Shown: positions 20,983-31,156 of the stretch, piece by piece
Layout: the number at the start of each line of letters is the position of its first letter
How positions within the stretch are numbered: position 1 is the first letter of the stretch
Source of the DNA: Deltaproteobacteria bacterium
Lineage (GTDB): Bacteria > Desulfobacterota > JAJRXV01
DNA length: 64,000 nt
NCBI GenBank assembly: GCA_024275075.1
Contig: JAJRZU010000070.1
Coordinates: 17,234 to 81,233, forward strand
Direction: 5' to 3'
Made by a program: the position numbers and the translations under genes
The notes under the pieces: generated by a model
Databases searched by the model: none
Seen by the model: the letters and a program-made list of their open reading frames with translations, nothing else
Told to the model about the DNA's origin: nothing

Positions 20983-22824
20983 ATGACCGCAAAAATAAGA
21001 ATTATTCCTGATACGTTATCAAACAAGATCGCTGCCGGTGAAGTTGTACAAAGACCCGCCTCAGTCGTCAAGGAACTCATTGAGAACTCTATCGATGCTG
21101 GCGCCGATCAGATAACCATCGATGTGAAGCGCGCTGGTAAAGCGCTGATAAAAGTGACCGATAACGGTAGCGGCATGACGAAAGACGACGCGCTGCTTTG
21201 TATAGAGCGATTCGCTACAAGCAAGATTAGGAGCGAGTCCGACCTCTTTAATATCAAAACGCTCGGGTTCCGGGGCGAGTCGCTCCCGTCGATAGCATCG
21301 GTGAGCAGGTTCGGGCTTATCACCAAGACCAGCGACGAGGTGGAGGGTACGGCACTGTATATGGAGGGCGGGAAGCTGAAAAGCGTGAGAGCGGCAGGCG
21401 CCCCGACCGGTACGAGCATATCGGTGAAGAGCCTTTTTTATAACACCCCAGCCCGCCTTAAATTCATGAAATCGAATACCGCGGAACTGTTCCACATCAC
21501 CGACACAGTCGTCAAGATCGCCGCGTCAAGGCATGGCCTGCACATAAGGTTGATCAGTGACGGCAGGATAATCGTCGATTTCACAAAAGCCACCGATAGT
21601 TACAACAGGATCTGCGATATCTTCGAGAGCGATATTTACAGGCACCTGATAAGGGTGGATGAGAAGAATGAAAATATACACGTTTTCGGGTTCGTTTCAA
21701 ACCCGGTATACACGACGGGCAACACCAGAAAATTCTTCACCTACCTGAACGGCAGGTACATCTTTGACAAGCTGGTCAATTACGCGATCATCTCGGTATA
21801 TAAGGCGAAGATCGAGGAGAGGAAGTACCCGGCGGTCGTTTTGTTCATCGAAATACCATTTGACATGGTCGATGTGAACGTGCACCCGACGAAAAAGGAT
21901 GTCAGGTTCAAGGATCAAAACTATGTGATAAACTGCATCAAGAAGGCGATTACAAATGCGCTCTCCTCGATCCAGCCGCTTGGTTACAGCGGTATGGGTG
22001 GTGGCGGCGGTACTTCTGCGCGAGCCGGGAGTATCGTGCAGGCGATGCAGGAGTATACGAAAAGCGCCGCAGCCAAGCCGGTAAGCGGGTATGAGGGCGG
22101 GAGAACGCTTTTTTCTGACGATTCCTTTACAAAGCGACCCGAGGTGACTTTCGCGCAAGAGCCTGACGCGGCCGCTTACGGTACCGGTTCATTCAGCGAT
22201 AAGGCCGCGGCTGCGTATGACCCTGTGATACCGATGGAGACTGTGGGTGAGCATATAAAGGTATTAGGGCAGGTTGGCGCGTCTTTCATCATCTGCACGA
22301 AGGGCGACTCGCTACTGCTCATCGACCAGCACGCGGCGCACGAGCGGATATTGTATGATGACCTGGTGCAGAAGCATAAGGAGAAGAAGGTATCCCCGCA
22401 GCCGCTGTTGATACCGATAATCTTTGAGCTCTCAAAGACCGACGCCATGCTCTTGCAAAGTTACATAGATGAATTCCACGCCATCGGCTTCACGATCGAG
22501 CCTTTCGGTAAGAACAGTTACGCGGTGAAGGAAGTACCGGATATCCTTATGGGTTATGACTATAAGGCGATAATCCACGATATCATATCCGAACTTATGT
22601 TCCTGAATAAAACCGCAGACATCAAGGACAAAGCCGCCGGCCTGATGAAACTGCTCGCGTGCAAGGGCGCGATAAAAGCGAACAGGCGGCTGACGCATCC
22701 TGAAATAACGCAACTCCTACAGGATATGTCGCAGACGGACTTCCCGACGAACTGTCCGCACGGGAGGCCGGTCGTCATCGAACTCACCATAAAAGATATC
22801 AGCAGGATGTTCAAGAGGCTGTGA
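20983..22824 (+). CDS. mutL: DNA mismatch repair protein MutL
   Basis: GHKL ATPase motifs (AAGEVVQRPASVVKELIENSIDAGA) plus C-terminal dimerisation domain. 613 aa. Confidence 0.9.
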   Translation: MTAKIRIIPDTLSNKIAAGEVVQRPASVVKELIENSIDAGADQITIDVKRAGKALIKVTDNGSGMTKDDALLCIERFATSKIRSESDLFNIKTLGFRGESLPSIASVSRFGLITKTSDEVEGTALYMEGGKLKSVRAAGAPTGTSISVKSLFYNTPARLKFMKSNTAELFHITDTVVKIAASRHGLHIRLISDGRIIVDFTKATDSYNRICDIFESDIYRHLIRVDEKNENIHVFGFVSNPVYTTGNTRKFFTYLNGRYIFDKLVNYAIISVYKAKIEERKYPAVVLFIEIPFDMVDVNVHPTKKDVRFKDQNYVINCIKKAITNALSSIQPLGYSGMGGGGGTSARAGSIVQAMQEYTKSAAAKPVSGYEGGRTLFSDDSFTKRPEVTFAQEPDAAAYGTGSFSDKAAAAYDPVIPMETVGEHIKVLGQVGASFIICTKGDSLLLIDQHAAHERILYDDLVQKHKEKKVSPQPLLIPIIFELSKTDAMLLQSYIDEFHAIGFTIEPFGKNSYAVKEVPDILMGYDYKAIIHDIISELMFLNKTADIKDKAAGLMKLLACKGAIKANRRLTHPEITQLLQDMSQTDFPTNCPHGRPVVIELTIKDISRMFKRL

Positions 22825-23771
22825 TGTCCAGAAAGAAGGTTGCCATAATCACCGGCCCCACCGCTACGGGGAAAAGCTCGCTAGCGGTAAGGCTGTGCGG
22901 GGAGCTGCGCGGCAGTATCATTAACGCCGATTCCGTGCAGGTGTATAAGTACCTGAACATCGGTACCGCGAAGCCGACGAAGGATGAGATGGGCGGCATA
23001 CCGCACTACCTGATTGACGAGTTAGACCCGAAGGAGCCGTTTTGCGCAGCCGATTTTATGAAAGCCGCGCTAAGGAGGATAGAGAAGATCCATAGCCGCG
23101 GGCGCAGGGTTTTTATTGTCGGGGGGACGGGTCTGTATATCAGGGCGCTCACCGGCGGGCTCATCGGGGGAAGCCCACCCGTACCGGCTATCCGTGCGGA
23201 GCTGAGAGCCCGCGCCGAAAAAGAGGGCACGCGAGCCCTTTATGATGAGCTCAAATCGGTTGACGCGGCATCGGCGCAAAGGATCGAACCGAACGATCTT
23301 TTCAGGATAATCAGGGCGCTCGAGCTGTACAGGGTAACTGGTTCAAAGCCCTGTGAGCTCAGACAGAAGCACTCTTTTAAGGAGAGCGAGTTCCTTACGC
23401 TCAAGATCGGGCTTACTCTTGACAGGGATAAACTGTATAAACGGATCGAGGCGAGAGTGGACAGGATGATCGCCGGCGGCCTCGAGGATGAGGTGAGGCG
23501 TCTCACCGGGATGGGTTATACTAAGGAGCATAAACCGTTAACATCTATCGGTTATAAGCAGATGATGATGTACATTACCGGTGAGATCGACCTCGACGAA
23601 GCTGTGCGGCTCATCAAACGCGACACAAAGCGATACGCGAAACGGCAGCTCACCTGGTTCAAAAAAGAGGAGGACATCTTGTGGCATGACGCTGAAAAGG
23701 CCGCTACTGACGCGGGATACTTAAAGATCATGGATAAAGTCGCAAGTTTCTTCGGGCGAGGCAAAGGGTAA
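22821..23771 (+). CDS. miaA: tRNA dimethylallyltransferase MiaA
   Basis: P-loop GPTATGKS and IPP transferase fold. Overlaps the mutL stop. Confidence 0.9.
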   Translation: MMSRKKVAIITGPTATGKSSLAVRLCGELRGSIINADSVQVYKYLNIGTAKPTKDEMGGIPHYLIDELDPKEPFCAADFMKAALRRIEKIHSRGRRVFIVGGTGLYIRALTGGLIGGSPPVPAIRAELRARAEKEGTRALYDELKSVDAASAQRIEPNDLFRIIRALELYRVTGSKPCELRQKHSFKESEFLTLKIGLTLDRDKLYKRIEARVDRMIAGGLEDEVRRLTGMGYTKEHKPLTSIGYKQMMMYITGEIDLDEAVRLIKRDTKRYAKRQLTWFKKEEDILWHDAEKAATDAGYLKIMDKVASFFGRGKG

Positions 23772-23883
23772 CTTTTCTATTGTAATATTATTCGCTTTTT
23801 GCTACTCTTTTTTGGGTGATAAAAAAACTCAGGGAACATGGAGAAATTGTAGGATGGGTTATTGCGCAGCATAACCCATCAAA

Positions 23884-23908
23884 CCTCTGAGCCCTCTGTG
23901 GTAAAAAG
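23884..23908 (+). promoter_or_regulatory. Upstream motif CCTCTGAGCCCTCTGTGGTAAAAAG (paralog of motif at 18681-18703)
   Basis: Matches CTCTGTGACCTCTGTGGTGAAAG upstream of purQ at 20 of 23 positions. Both sit 15-35 nt before a start codon. Confidence 0.3.
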
Positions 23909-23925
23909 AATTATAGGAGCGAGAT

Positions 23926-24078
23926 ATGGTCAAATGCCCGGAATGCGGGGAGATAGTAGAGTTGATCGACGGTATGGAGACAGGTGAGATCATCGAGTGC
24001 GGTAACTGCGGCGTTGAGCTGGAGATAACCTCCTTGACGCCTGTAAAACTGGAAATATTCGAAGAAGAAGAAAAGTAA
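23926..24078 (+). CDS. LysW-like zinc-ribbon amino-group carrier protein (50 aa; absent from ORF track because under 60 aa)
   Basis: MVKCPECGEIVELIDGMETGEIIECGNCGVELEITSLTPVKLEIFEEEEK. CxxC..CxxC ribbon plus an acidic EEEEK C-terminus, as in LysW/ArgW. Confidence 0.5.
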   Translation: MVKCPECGEIVELIDGMETGEIIECGNCGVELEITSLTPVKLEIFEEEEK

Positions 24079-24081
24079 CCG

Positions 24082-24978
24082 ATGGATGACGATACCAGAC
24101 GGATCAACAGAATAATCGCTGAATTGGGTGATGGGTTCCTTAAAGATCACGGGTTCACTATCTTTAATATACATATAAGAAGCGTCGCAAAAGGGCTCGT
24201 CCTAAGCGGAGAATGCCTTACTGACAAGCAGCTTGCCCTCCTTAAGAAAAGTGTACGCAGCCTGTCATTGACGCAAAAGGCGATTTTTGATGTCAATGTC
24301 CTTACCGGTGGCGGCCTTGTCAACAGGTCTGATAAGTGGGGCAAAGCCGGTAAGAGTCTGGTCAATGTCACAAACGATATGGCAGGGTCGAAGCTTACCA
24401 CTCAGATCACACAAAATGACAACTATTTCAGGATAATAGCGCAGCAAGACGGCATGGCGCTGGTGCAACTCGAAGACCGTACACTCGGCTGGGTCAACGG
24501 TGGCGATATCAGTATACATAACATGGATTTATCAGAGCGTCGAAGCGGCCTGAGGTTAGCAGAAAGAGGTAAGACGCTGACCGTTTCTTCCATCGAGCCG
24601 CTCTTTTGCGAGGCGTCTAAGTACGTGAACAAAGTCAAATACTTACACGGCGGGAAGAGTACCGGTGGTATGGACTGCTCAGCTTTTGTGCAGACGGTAT
24701 TCAAAGACGCCTGCAAAATAATAATGCCGCGTCATACGCTTGACCAGATGAGATGCGGTATACGCGTACCAAAAAAGAGCATCGGAAGCGGCGACCTGAT
24801 CTTCGCGAAAGTGAAAGGCCGCCGCATCATGCACGTCGGTATCGCTCTGTTTGAAAATGACGGGATGATCTTTCACTCATGCCTGCGCGAGAAATTGGTG
24901 ATCCGTGAAAATATTGACGATTTCTTTAAACATTACACTTTCGCGGGGGCGGCGAGGATCGTTGAGAAGGCACCCTGA
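24082..24978 (+). CDS. NlpC/P60 family peptidase with SH3b-like domain
   Basis: Catalytic Cys region YLHGGKSTGGMDCSAFVQ, His (IMHVGIAL) and a preceding SH3b-like segment. The N-terminal ~100 aa are of unknown function. Confidence 0.7.
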   Translation: MDDDTRRINRIIAELGDGFLKDHGFTIFNIHIRSVAKGLVLSGECLTDKQLALLKKSVRSLSLTQKAIFDVNVLTGGGLVNRSDKWGKAGKSLVNVTNDMAGSKLTTQITQNDNYFRIIAQQDGMALVQLEDRTLGWVNGGDISIHNMDLSERRSGLRLAERGKTLTVSSIEPLFCEASKYVNKVKYLHGGKSTGGMDCSAFVQTVFKDACKIIMPRHTLDQMRCGIRVPKKSIGSGDLIFAKVKGRRIMHVGIALFENDGMIFHSCLREKLVIRENIDDFFKHYTFAGAARIVEKAP

Positions 24979-24980
24979 TC

Positions 24981-26417
24981 ATGGACTTTATTGAATCGAT
25001 AAAAGAGAAGAATATCCACATTGTCGGTATCTGCGGCGCCGAGACAAGCGCGATCGCCCGGCACCTGTCGCGCTCAGGCTGCACGCGTTTGACCCTGCAC
25101 GATTTCAACACCCCGGATGATTTTAAGAAGATATTTGATATCAGCCACATAGCGCACCCGAAAGAGGAGCGGCAAAGGATACTCGATGCGACGTTGAATA
25201 TTGATGCCGCAAAATATTTCAAGAACGATTACCTGAAGAATATCATGGACGCCGATATCATCTTCGTCGGGCAGAACTGGTTCAACTATACGTTCAACAA
25301 GCCGGCTCTTATTGATGCGAAACTAAAGGGGATCCCGCTTGTCACGATAACCGAGCTGTACTTCGGGCTGATAAAGGCGCCGATCATCGGTGTCACCGGT
25401 ACGAACGGCAAGACCACGACCGCTAACATGATCCGGCATATCCTTGAGCGGAACCGTGAGGCGGCGAGCAACAGCGTCTACTTCAGCGGTAACGACCGGT
25501 ACTCCAGACAGATACTCGATGACGCAGCGAATATCCGCGAGGATGACGCGGTCGTGCTCGAGCTGTCAAACCGGCAGTTAGCGCCGCTCGAGGCCTCGCC
25601 GCATATCGCGGTCATAACGAACATCGCGCGCGACCACATCGAAGAGCACGGGTCGTTCGAGAATTATATTAATGTTAAGCGTAAACTGTTTGAATTTCAG
25701 GGTGACAGCGATTTCGCGATAATAAATCACGATGATGACATTGCGAAAGGGTTCGCTGACACTGTCCGTTCGAAGGTGTTTTTTTACAGCCTGCGGTCGC
25801 TTCCGCTGGCGGATTGCGCGTTTTTGCAGGATGATTCGCTGTATGCCGTCGCGGGTGGTAAAAAAATCAGGCTTTTTACTGCAGGCGACCTGAAGCTTCG
25901 AGGGGAGCATAATATATCAAACGCCCTGGCGGCATCGCTCGCGGCGCTCATCCGCGGTGTGAGCCCGGGGATAATCAGTGACGCCATGACGGACTTCACC
26001 GGTGTAAAGAGCCGCCTCGAATTTGTGAGGGAGGTATCGGGCATAAAGTTCTACAACGATATCAGCTCGACCTCACCGCACGCGTCGATCGCCGCCATCA
26101 ACTCGTTCACCGAACCCGTTATATGGATCGGCGGCGGTATGGATAAGGATATGGATTTCGTCGAACTATGTGGAATTGTTAATGACAGGGTGAAGTCGGC
26201 GATACTTCTGCCCGGCACCGCCACGGACAGGATATCAGAATTGCTGACGAACTACAGTGGTGTAAGCGACCTGCATGAAGCCGTGAAGGTGGCGTATGAT
26301 ACAGCCGCCGCGGGTGACGTTGTCGTCCTGTCACCGGCGGCGGCGAACTTCTTTACTCTGTATGCGTCTGGTAAAAACGGCTATAACCGCATTGTCAAAA
26401 AATTACGACGCAAATAA
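24981..26417 (+). CDS. Mur ligase family protein, MurD-like (outside any dcw cluster)
   Basis: MurD-like N-terminal Rossmann domain, ATP-binding GVTGTNGKTTT and C-terminal Mur ligase domain. Isolated from other cell-wall genes. Confidence 0.7.
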   Translation: MDFIESIKEKNIHIVGICGAETSAIARHLSRSGCTRLTLHDFNTPDDFKKIFDISHIAHPKEERQRILDATLNIDAAKYFKNDYLKNIMDADIIFVGQNWFNYTFNKPALIDAKLKGIPLVTITELYFGLIKAPIIGVTGTNGKTTTANMIRHILERNREAASNSVYFSGNDRYSRQILDDAANIREDDAVVLELSNRQLAPLEASPHIAVITNIARDHIEEHGSFENYINVKRKLFEFQGDSDFAIINHDDDIAKGFADTVRSKVFFYSLRSLPLADCAFLQDDSLYAVAGGKKIRLFTAGDLKLRGEHNISNALAASLAALIRGVSPGIISDAMTDFTGVKSRLEFVREVSGIKFYNDISSTSPHASIAAINSFTEPVIWIGGGMDKDMDFVELCGIVNDRVKSAILLPGTATDRISELLTNYSGVSDLHEAVKVAYDTAAAGDVVVLSPAAANFFTLYASGKNGYNRIVKKLRRK

Positions 26418-26430
26418 CCGATAAAATATT

Positions 26431-29079
26431 TCATGAACCGAACTTCTTACCCCGCATCAAAAGGGAGTTACTCACAACCGATACCGATGAGAACGCCATT
26501 GCCGCGCCCGCGATTATCGGGTTAAGCAGCCATCCGGTGAGCGGGTACAAGAGCCCCGCCGCGATAGGAATGCCAGCTGCGTTATAGATAAATGCCCAGA
26601 AGAGGTTCTGCTTGATCTTTTTCATTGTGTAGCGGGAAAGATCCATCGCGGTCACGACGTCCCGCAGATCCTCTCTGATGAGCACGATATCCGCGGATTC
26701 TATGGCGACGTCCGTACCCGAACCGATCGCGATACCGACATCGGCCTGTGTGAGCGCGGGGGCGTCGTTTATACCGTCACCGACCATCCCGACAATTTTA
26801 CCGGCGTCCTGAAGCTTCTTCACCTCCGTCGCTTTATCTTTCGGGAGTACCTCGGCGATAACCTCAGAGATACCGACCTGCCTGCCGATCGCGGCGCCGG
26901 TGCGCCTGTTGTCACCGGTAATCATGATCGTCGTGATCCCCATCTTAGTTAGCCTGGCGATCGCTTCTTTCGAGTGCTCCTTCAACTGGTCGGCAACGGC
27001 GATTATGCCCTGCGCCTTATTATTGAACGCGAGCATCATCGCAGTCTTGCCTTCGGTCTCATATTTTTCGAGTTTCTCTTTAATGGATTCAGTATCGATA
27101 CCCTTTTTTTTCATGAGCGCCATGTTGCCGATAGCGATCTCTCTATCTGCGTAAACTATTTCGACACCCATACCGGTGATAGAGTTGAATTTGTCAGGTT
27201 CACTTATCGTAAGCCTCCGATCCTTCGCGCCTTTTACTATCGCCTCACCAAGCGGGTGTTCAGAACTCTTCTCCGCGATCGCCGCGAGTTTCAAGAGCTC
27301 ATCCTCGTTCATCTCACCGGTAGTGAATATGTCGGTCACCTCGGGCTCTCCCTTCGTCAGCGTACCGGTCTTGTCAAAAACGATGGTGCTGAGCTGATAC
27401 GCTTTCTGCAGGCTCTCCGCGCCCTTGATGAGTATCCCGTGTTCGGCGCCCTTACCCGTGCCGACCATGACAGCGGTCGGTGTCGCAAGCCCCATAGCGC
27501 ACGGGCACGCGATGATGAGTACCGCTATGAAAGTGTTAAGCGCGAAGATGAACTCCTTGCCGACCAGGAAGTACCAGGTGATGAACGCTATTACAGCGAT
27601 CACAACGACTACCGGTACGAAATATCCAGAGATGGTGTCTACTAATTTTTGTATCGGCGCCTTTGACCCTTGTGCGTCCTCGACGAGCTTGATGATATTC
27701 GCGAGCGCTGTGTCCGCCCCGATCCGATCCGCCTTTAACTTGAAGGTGCCGGTCTTGTTTATCGTAGCGCCGATCACCGTAGCCCCTTCGCTCTTCTCCA
27801 CGGGTATGCTCTCACCGGTGAGCATCGACTCGTCTACGGATGAGTGGCCGGAGACGACAGTACCGTCCACCGGTATCTTTTGACCGGGTTTCACGACCAC
27901 GACATCGCCGACTACCACCTCTTCTATCGGGAGTTCAACTTCGTTACCGTCGCGGATAACGATAGCCGTTTTCGCCTGCAAGCCCATCAGCTTCTTGATC
28001 GCCTCAGATGTTTTCCCCTTCGCGACCGCCTCTAAATACTTACCAAGAAGGATGAACGCGATCAGGAGCCCCGCCGTCTCATAATAGAGGTAGCCGGTTT
28101 TTATCACGCCGGTTATTATAAGAACAGTGTTAATTATACTGTAAACGTAAGCGGTACCGGTACCTATAGCGACGAGCGAGTCCATGTTCGGCATCCGGTT
28201 CTTTATCGCCTTATAACCGTTTATGTAAAAATCTCTGCCGACATATATGATAGGAGTTGTCAGAAATAACTGAAGAATAGCGTTCGCCGTTTCACTCACC
28301 GGCAGTTTAGGGACTGATAAATATTCACTCATGGCGAGGTATACAAGCGGTAACGCCAGGATAATCGAAACGATAACACGGCTTTTTAAGACCGCTACCT
28401 CCTTTTCGCGCTCCTCTTTTTCCGCGTCCTTCGATTCAAAGACCTTCGCACCATAACCGGCATCCTCCACCGCATGGATCATCTGCGATACCTTTACCTT
28501 TTCATCGTCAAATGTCACATCCGCCCTGCCGGTGGAGATATTCGTCGTCACCTCTTTTACGCCGTCAAGCTTTTCGAGCGATTTTTGCACAATACCGGCG
28601 CAGTGGTCAGAGCCCATACCGGTTATCTGCAAGGTTATCCGCCCCTTGCCGCCGCCTTTCAGCACACCATAACCGGCGGACTCAACCGCCTGGGCAAGTT
28701 CGTCCATACCGGTTTTGCCAGAGTCATACTCGACGTAAGCTTTGCTCGACGCAAAGTTCACGTTCGCTTTCGCGACACCGGGCACTTTCTCAAGACTCTT
28801 GGTGATGGAGATGGCGCACGACGCGCAGGTCATACCGGTGATGCTTATCATCTCCTTAGAGTCAGCTGTGGCGCCGCTCTTTGCGGTTTCACCGGCGCCC
28901 TTTTCCACCGGCGCTTTCTCTGTCTCTTCCTCTGGAGGATTCAGGGACTTCACCGGGTCGGCGTCAAACTTATCCTTACAGTTTTTCGAGCAGAAAAAGT
29001 ATTTCTCATCATTGTACGCACTTGAAAATTTCGCTTCATCTTCGTTGACGTCCATTTTACAGATCGGGTCAATAGCCAT
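26431..29079 (-). CDS. copA: Copper-translocating P1B-type ATPase CopA with N-terminal YHS/TRASH and two HMA domains
   Basis: N-terminal Cys-rich YHS-like region; HMA motifs GMTCASC and GMGSDHC; CPC, DKTGT and GDGINDAP motifs. 882 aa. Confidence 0.9.
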   Translation of the reverse strand: MAIDPICKMDVNEDEAKFSSAYNDEKYFFCSKNCKDKFDADPVKSLNPPEEETEKAPVEKGAGETAKSGATADSKEMISITGMTCASCAISITKSLEKVPGVAKANVNFASSKAYVEYDSGKTGMDELAQAVESAGYGVLKGGGKGRITLQITGMGSDHCAGIVQKSLEKLDGVKEVTTNISTGRADVTFDDEKVKVSQMIHAVEDAGYGAKVFESKDAEKEEREKEVAVLKSRVIVSIILALPLVYLAMSEYLSVPKLPVSETANAILQLFLTTPIIYVGRDFYINGYKAIKNRMPNMDSLVAIGTGTAYVYSIINTVLIITGVIKTGYLYYETAGLLIAFILLGKYLEAVAKGKTSEAIKKLMGLQAKTAIVIRDGNEVELPIEEVVVGDVVVVKPGQKIPVDGTVVSGHSSVDESMLTGESIPVEKSEGATVIGATINKTGTFKLKADRIGADTALANIIKLVEDAQGSKAPIQKLVDTISGYFVPVVVVIAVIAFITWYFLVGKEFIFALNTFIAVLIIACPCAMGLATPTAVMVGTGKGAEHGILIKGAESLQKAYQLSTIVFDKTGTLTKGEPEVTDIFTTGEMNEDELLKLAAIAEKSSEHPLGEAIVKGAKDRRLTISEPDKFNSITGMGVEIVYADREIAIGNMALMKKKGIDTESIKEKLEKYETEGKTAMMLAFNNKAQGIIAVADQLKEHSKEAIARLTKMGITTIMITGDNRRTGAAIGRQVGISEVIAEVLPKDKATEVKKLQDAGKIVGMVGDGINDAPALTQADVGIAIGSGTDVAIESADIVLIREDLRDVVTAMDLSRYTMKKIKQNLFWAFIYNAAGIPIAAGLLYPLTGWLLNPIIAGAAMAFSSVSVVSNSLLMRGKKFGS

Positions 29080-29159
29080 GACAACCTCCTATGATAAAAT
29101 TCGCTCCATTATTAATTATCGCTCCGTGCCTGCACCAGAGGCCTATACTATGTCAAGCG

Positions 29160-29771
29160 TTACTTCATTTTTACGTCATCCATGTCCATATCTTTGTCAT
29201 CGCCATCAGGCATCATAGCCCCTGAGCCCATCATCTGTCGCATCATCTTCTTCCTGCCTTTACCCATACCCTCTTTCATCTGCATCATTTTTTGTTTCAT
29301 AAGCTGTTGCATCTTTAAAAACTGCTCATCAGTCAGAAGCTCCTTAACTTACTTGTGCGTCTTCAGGCACTCTAATTTCATCTGTACCTTAGTATCATAA
29401 AAATCCCTCAGCTTCCCCTCGATCGCATCTAAGTCCATATTGTCTTTGCTCATCAGCTCATCTAACTCAAGCTGCTTTATGTCACTTTGTGCCTTTAATG
29501 TTATCTTCTTCTTCTTGTGTTCGTAGTGAAGAGCATTGAATTTTTTTAGCTGATCATCAGAAAGGCCTAATTTTTCGGCGTTTTTTTTGCACATATCCGG
29601 GTTGTGCATACCGCTCATCATACTCATCATACCACCGGACATCATCGACTTTCCACCCATCATACCTTGTTCACCTTTGGATTCGCAGCATTTCTTGCCC
29701 GCGGCGGCATAAGTCACCGGCAGGCTGATCGCGGCGAGTAATACCGTTATTACAAATAATTTTTTTAGCAT
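29160..29771 (-). CDS. Spy/CpxP/ZraP-family periplasmic Met-rich metal-binding chaperone, interrupted by in-frame TAA at 29349-29351
   Basis: Signal peptide MLKKLFVITVLLAAISLPVTYAAAG; Met-rich stretch MMGGKSMMSGGMMSMMSGM. First LTXXQ motif (LSDDQ) lies before the TAA. A second LTXXQ (LTDEQFLKMQQLMKQKMMQM) and a Met-rich tail continue in frame after it, to TAA at 29160-29162. Lies upstream of copA on the same strand. Confidence 0.6.
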
Positions 29772-30155
29772 AGCCATTACCCCCTTAGCGTTATTTGATA
29801 CTACATTTATAATAATAATCACACTTTTAAATATAATGTCAAGACAAATTGTTCAAACTATATAGATGCAAGCCCCGCGCTTTCCCCTTAGTTTGCATAC
29901 CTGCCCGATAGAAGAGCAATATACATACCAGTAGGGGTAAATGTATGTAATATATTTATATGATTAGTTATTTTGTGTTTGTAAGAAATTCCATGTTCCA
30001 TTATATTTGCATGATTTGATTATGCCGCGGCAAAAAGCGTAGGATATGCTACAATCGATTTCATTATAAAATCCTTATAAAAATAGATAATTAAAACATT
30101 TTAATGTTATTTTAATTTTCATTTAATTTTGATCTGGTACATTTCATAGCATATT

Positions 30156-31052
30156 ATGGATAAGAAACTAACGACAATAAAATATTTAATAATCTTCTTT
30201 TCACTTTTCTCGTTTAATTCGGCATTCGGTATGCAGGATGTGGCCGCGACGATAGCTAAACAGGAGAACTACTCAGGCGACAAGATATCCGTCACCGCAA
30301 GCCAACAAGAGATCTTTTTGGGCGAGGAGATTGACCTGATCGTCAAAGTCCAGCTCAGTGATCCAGAAAATAAACTCATTATTTATCCTCCCAAGCTTGA
30401 GTCGTTAGACGGGGTGGAAGTGAACGGTGTAACTGTTACCTCCACCTCTTCTGACGGACAGGTAATCCAGGAATTCACGTTCAAGCTGCGGCCGAGCAAA
30501 ACGGGCGTTATAAAAATCGACCCGATCTATATAAATTATAAAGATAATTCTGACGGCTCTGAGAATGAGATAAAGGCGATGGGGCTGGATATTACTGTCG
30601 CAGAGTTTTCTGTGGGTAAGATGCTCAACAGGAAATTAGATATATTAAAAAGAGACCGGGGGAAAGCGATTGTCGCCGGGCTCATCGTTCTAATAATTTT
30701 TATCATTCTCATAATTGCTGTCAACAAGAAGCTGGGCAAGAAAAAGAGCGCTGTAGAAGTTAGAAGTGACGCCTCCAGGGCGAAGGATATTTTGCTGAAG
30801 ATCCAGAAGTCGAAGATGGAGGGCGACCATAAATCGTTTTTTGCCGAGGTGGTGCGTCTGTTAGACCTCTTTAACGAGCATGATGATGAATATGATAATT
30901 ATCTGGAGCTGAGCAAGAAGGCGCAGTACGGCTCGTTCAGCTTCAAGAACAAGGATATCCAGACGATATATCAACTGATGGAGAATAAATATAAGACCAG
31001 ATTCAAATCTGATGCGAAGGATGAGCTGTCAGAGATCGAGTTTGAAGATTAG
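30156..31052 (+). CDS. BatD-like 'oxygen tolerance' domain membrane protein (short paralog)
   Basis: Signal peptide, beta-rich domain resembling the BatD N-terminal domain (ISVTASQQEIFLGEEIDLIVKV), one TM helix and a cytoplasmic tail. Confidence 0.55.
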   Translation: MDKKLTTIKYLIIFFSLFSFNSAFGMQDVAATIAKQENYSGDKISVTASQQEIFLGEEIDLIVKVQLSDPENKLIIYPPKLESLDGVEVNGVTVTSTSSDGQVIQEFTFKLRPSKTGVIKIDPIYINYKDNSDGSENEIKAMGLDITVAEFSVGKMLNRKLDILKRDRGKAIVAGLIVLIIFIILIIAVNKKLGKKKSAVEVRSDASRAKDILLKIQKSKMEGDHKSFFAEVVRLLDLFNEHDDEYDNYLELSKKAQYGSFSFKNKDIQTIYQLMENKYKTRFKSDAKDELSEIEFED

Positions 31053-31156
31053 TTGTACTGCTGCTGCCTGCGAATACGTTAGGTTTCCCCTCCTTCAATA
31101 TATTTATGCGGGCAGCGGCTTCTTTATAAAAGATAATATCATTTTGGAGGCGTTTT

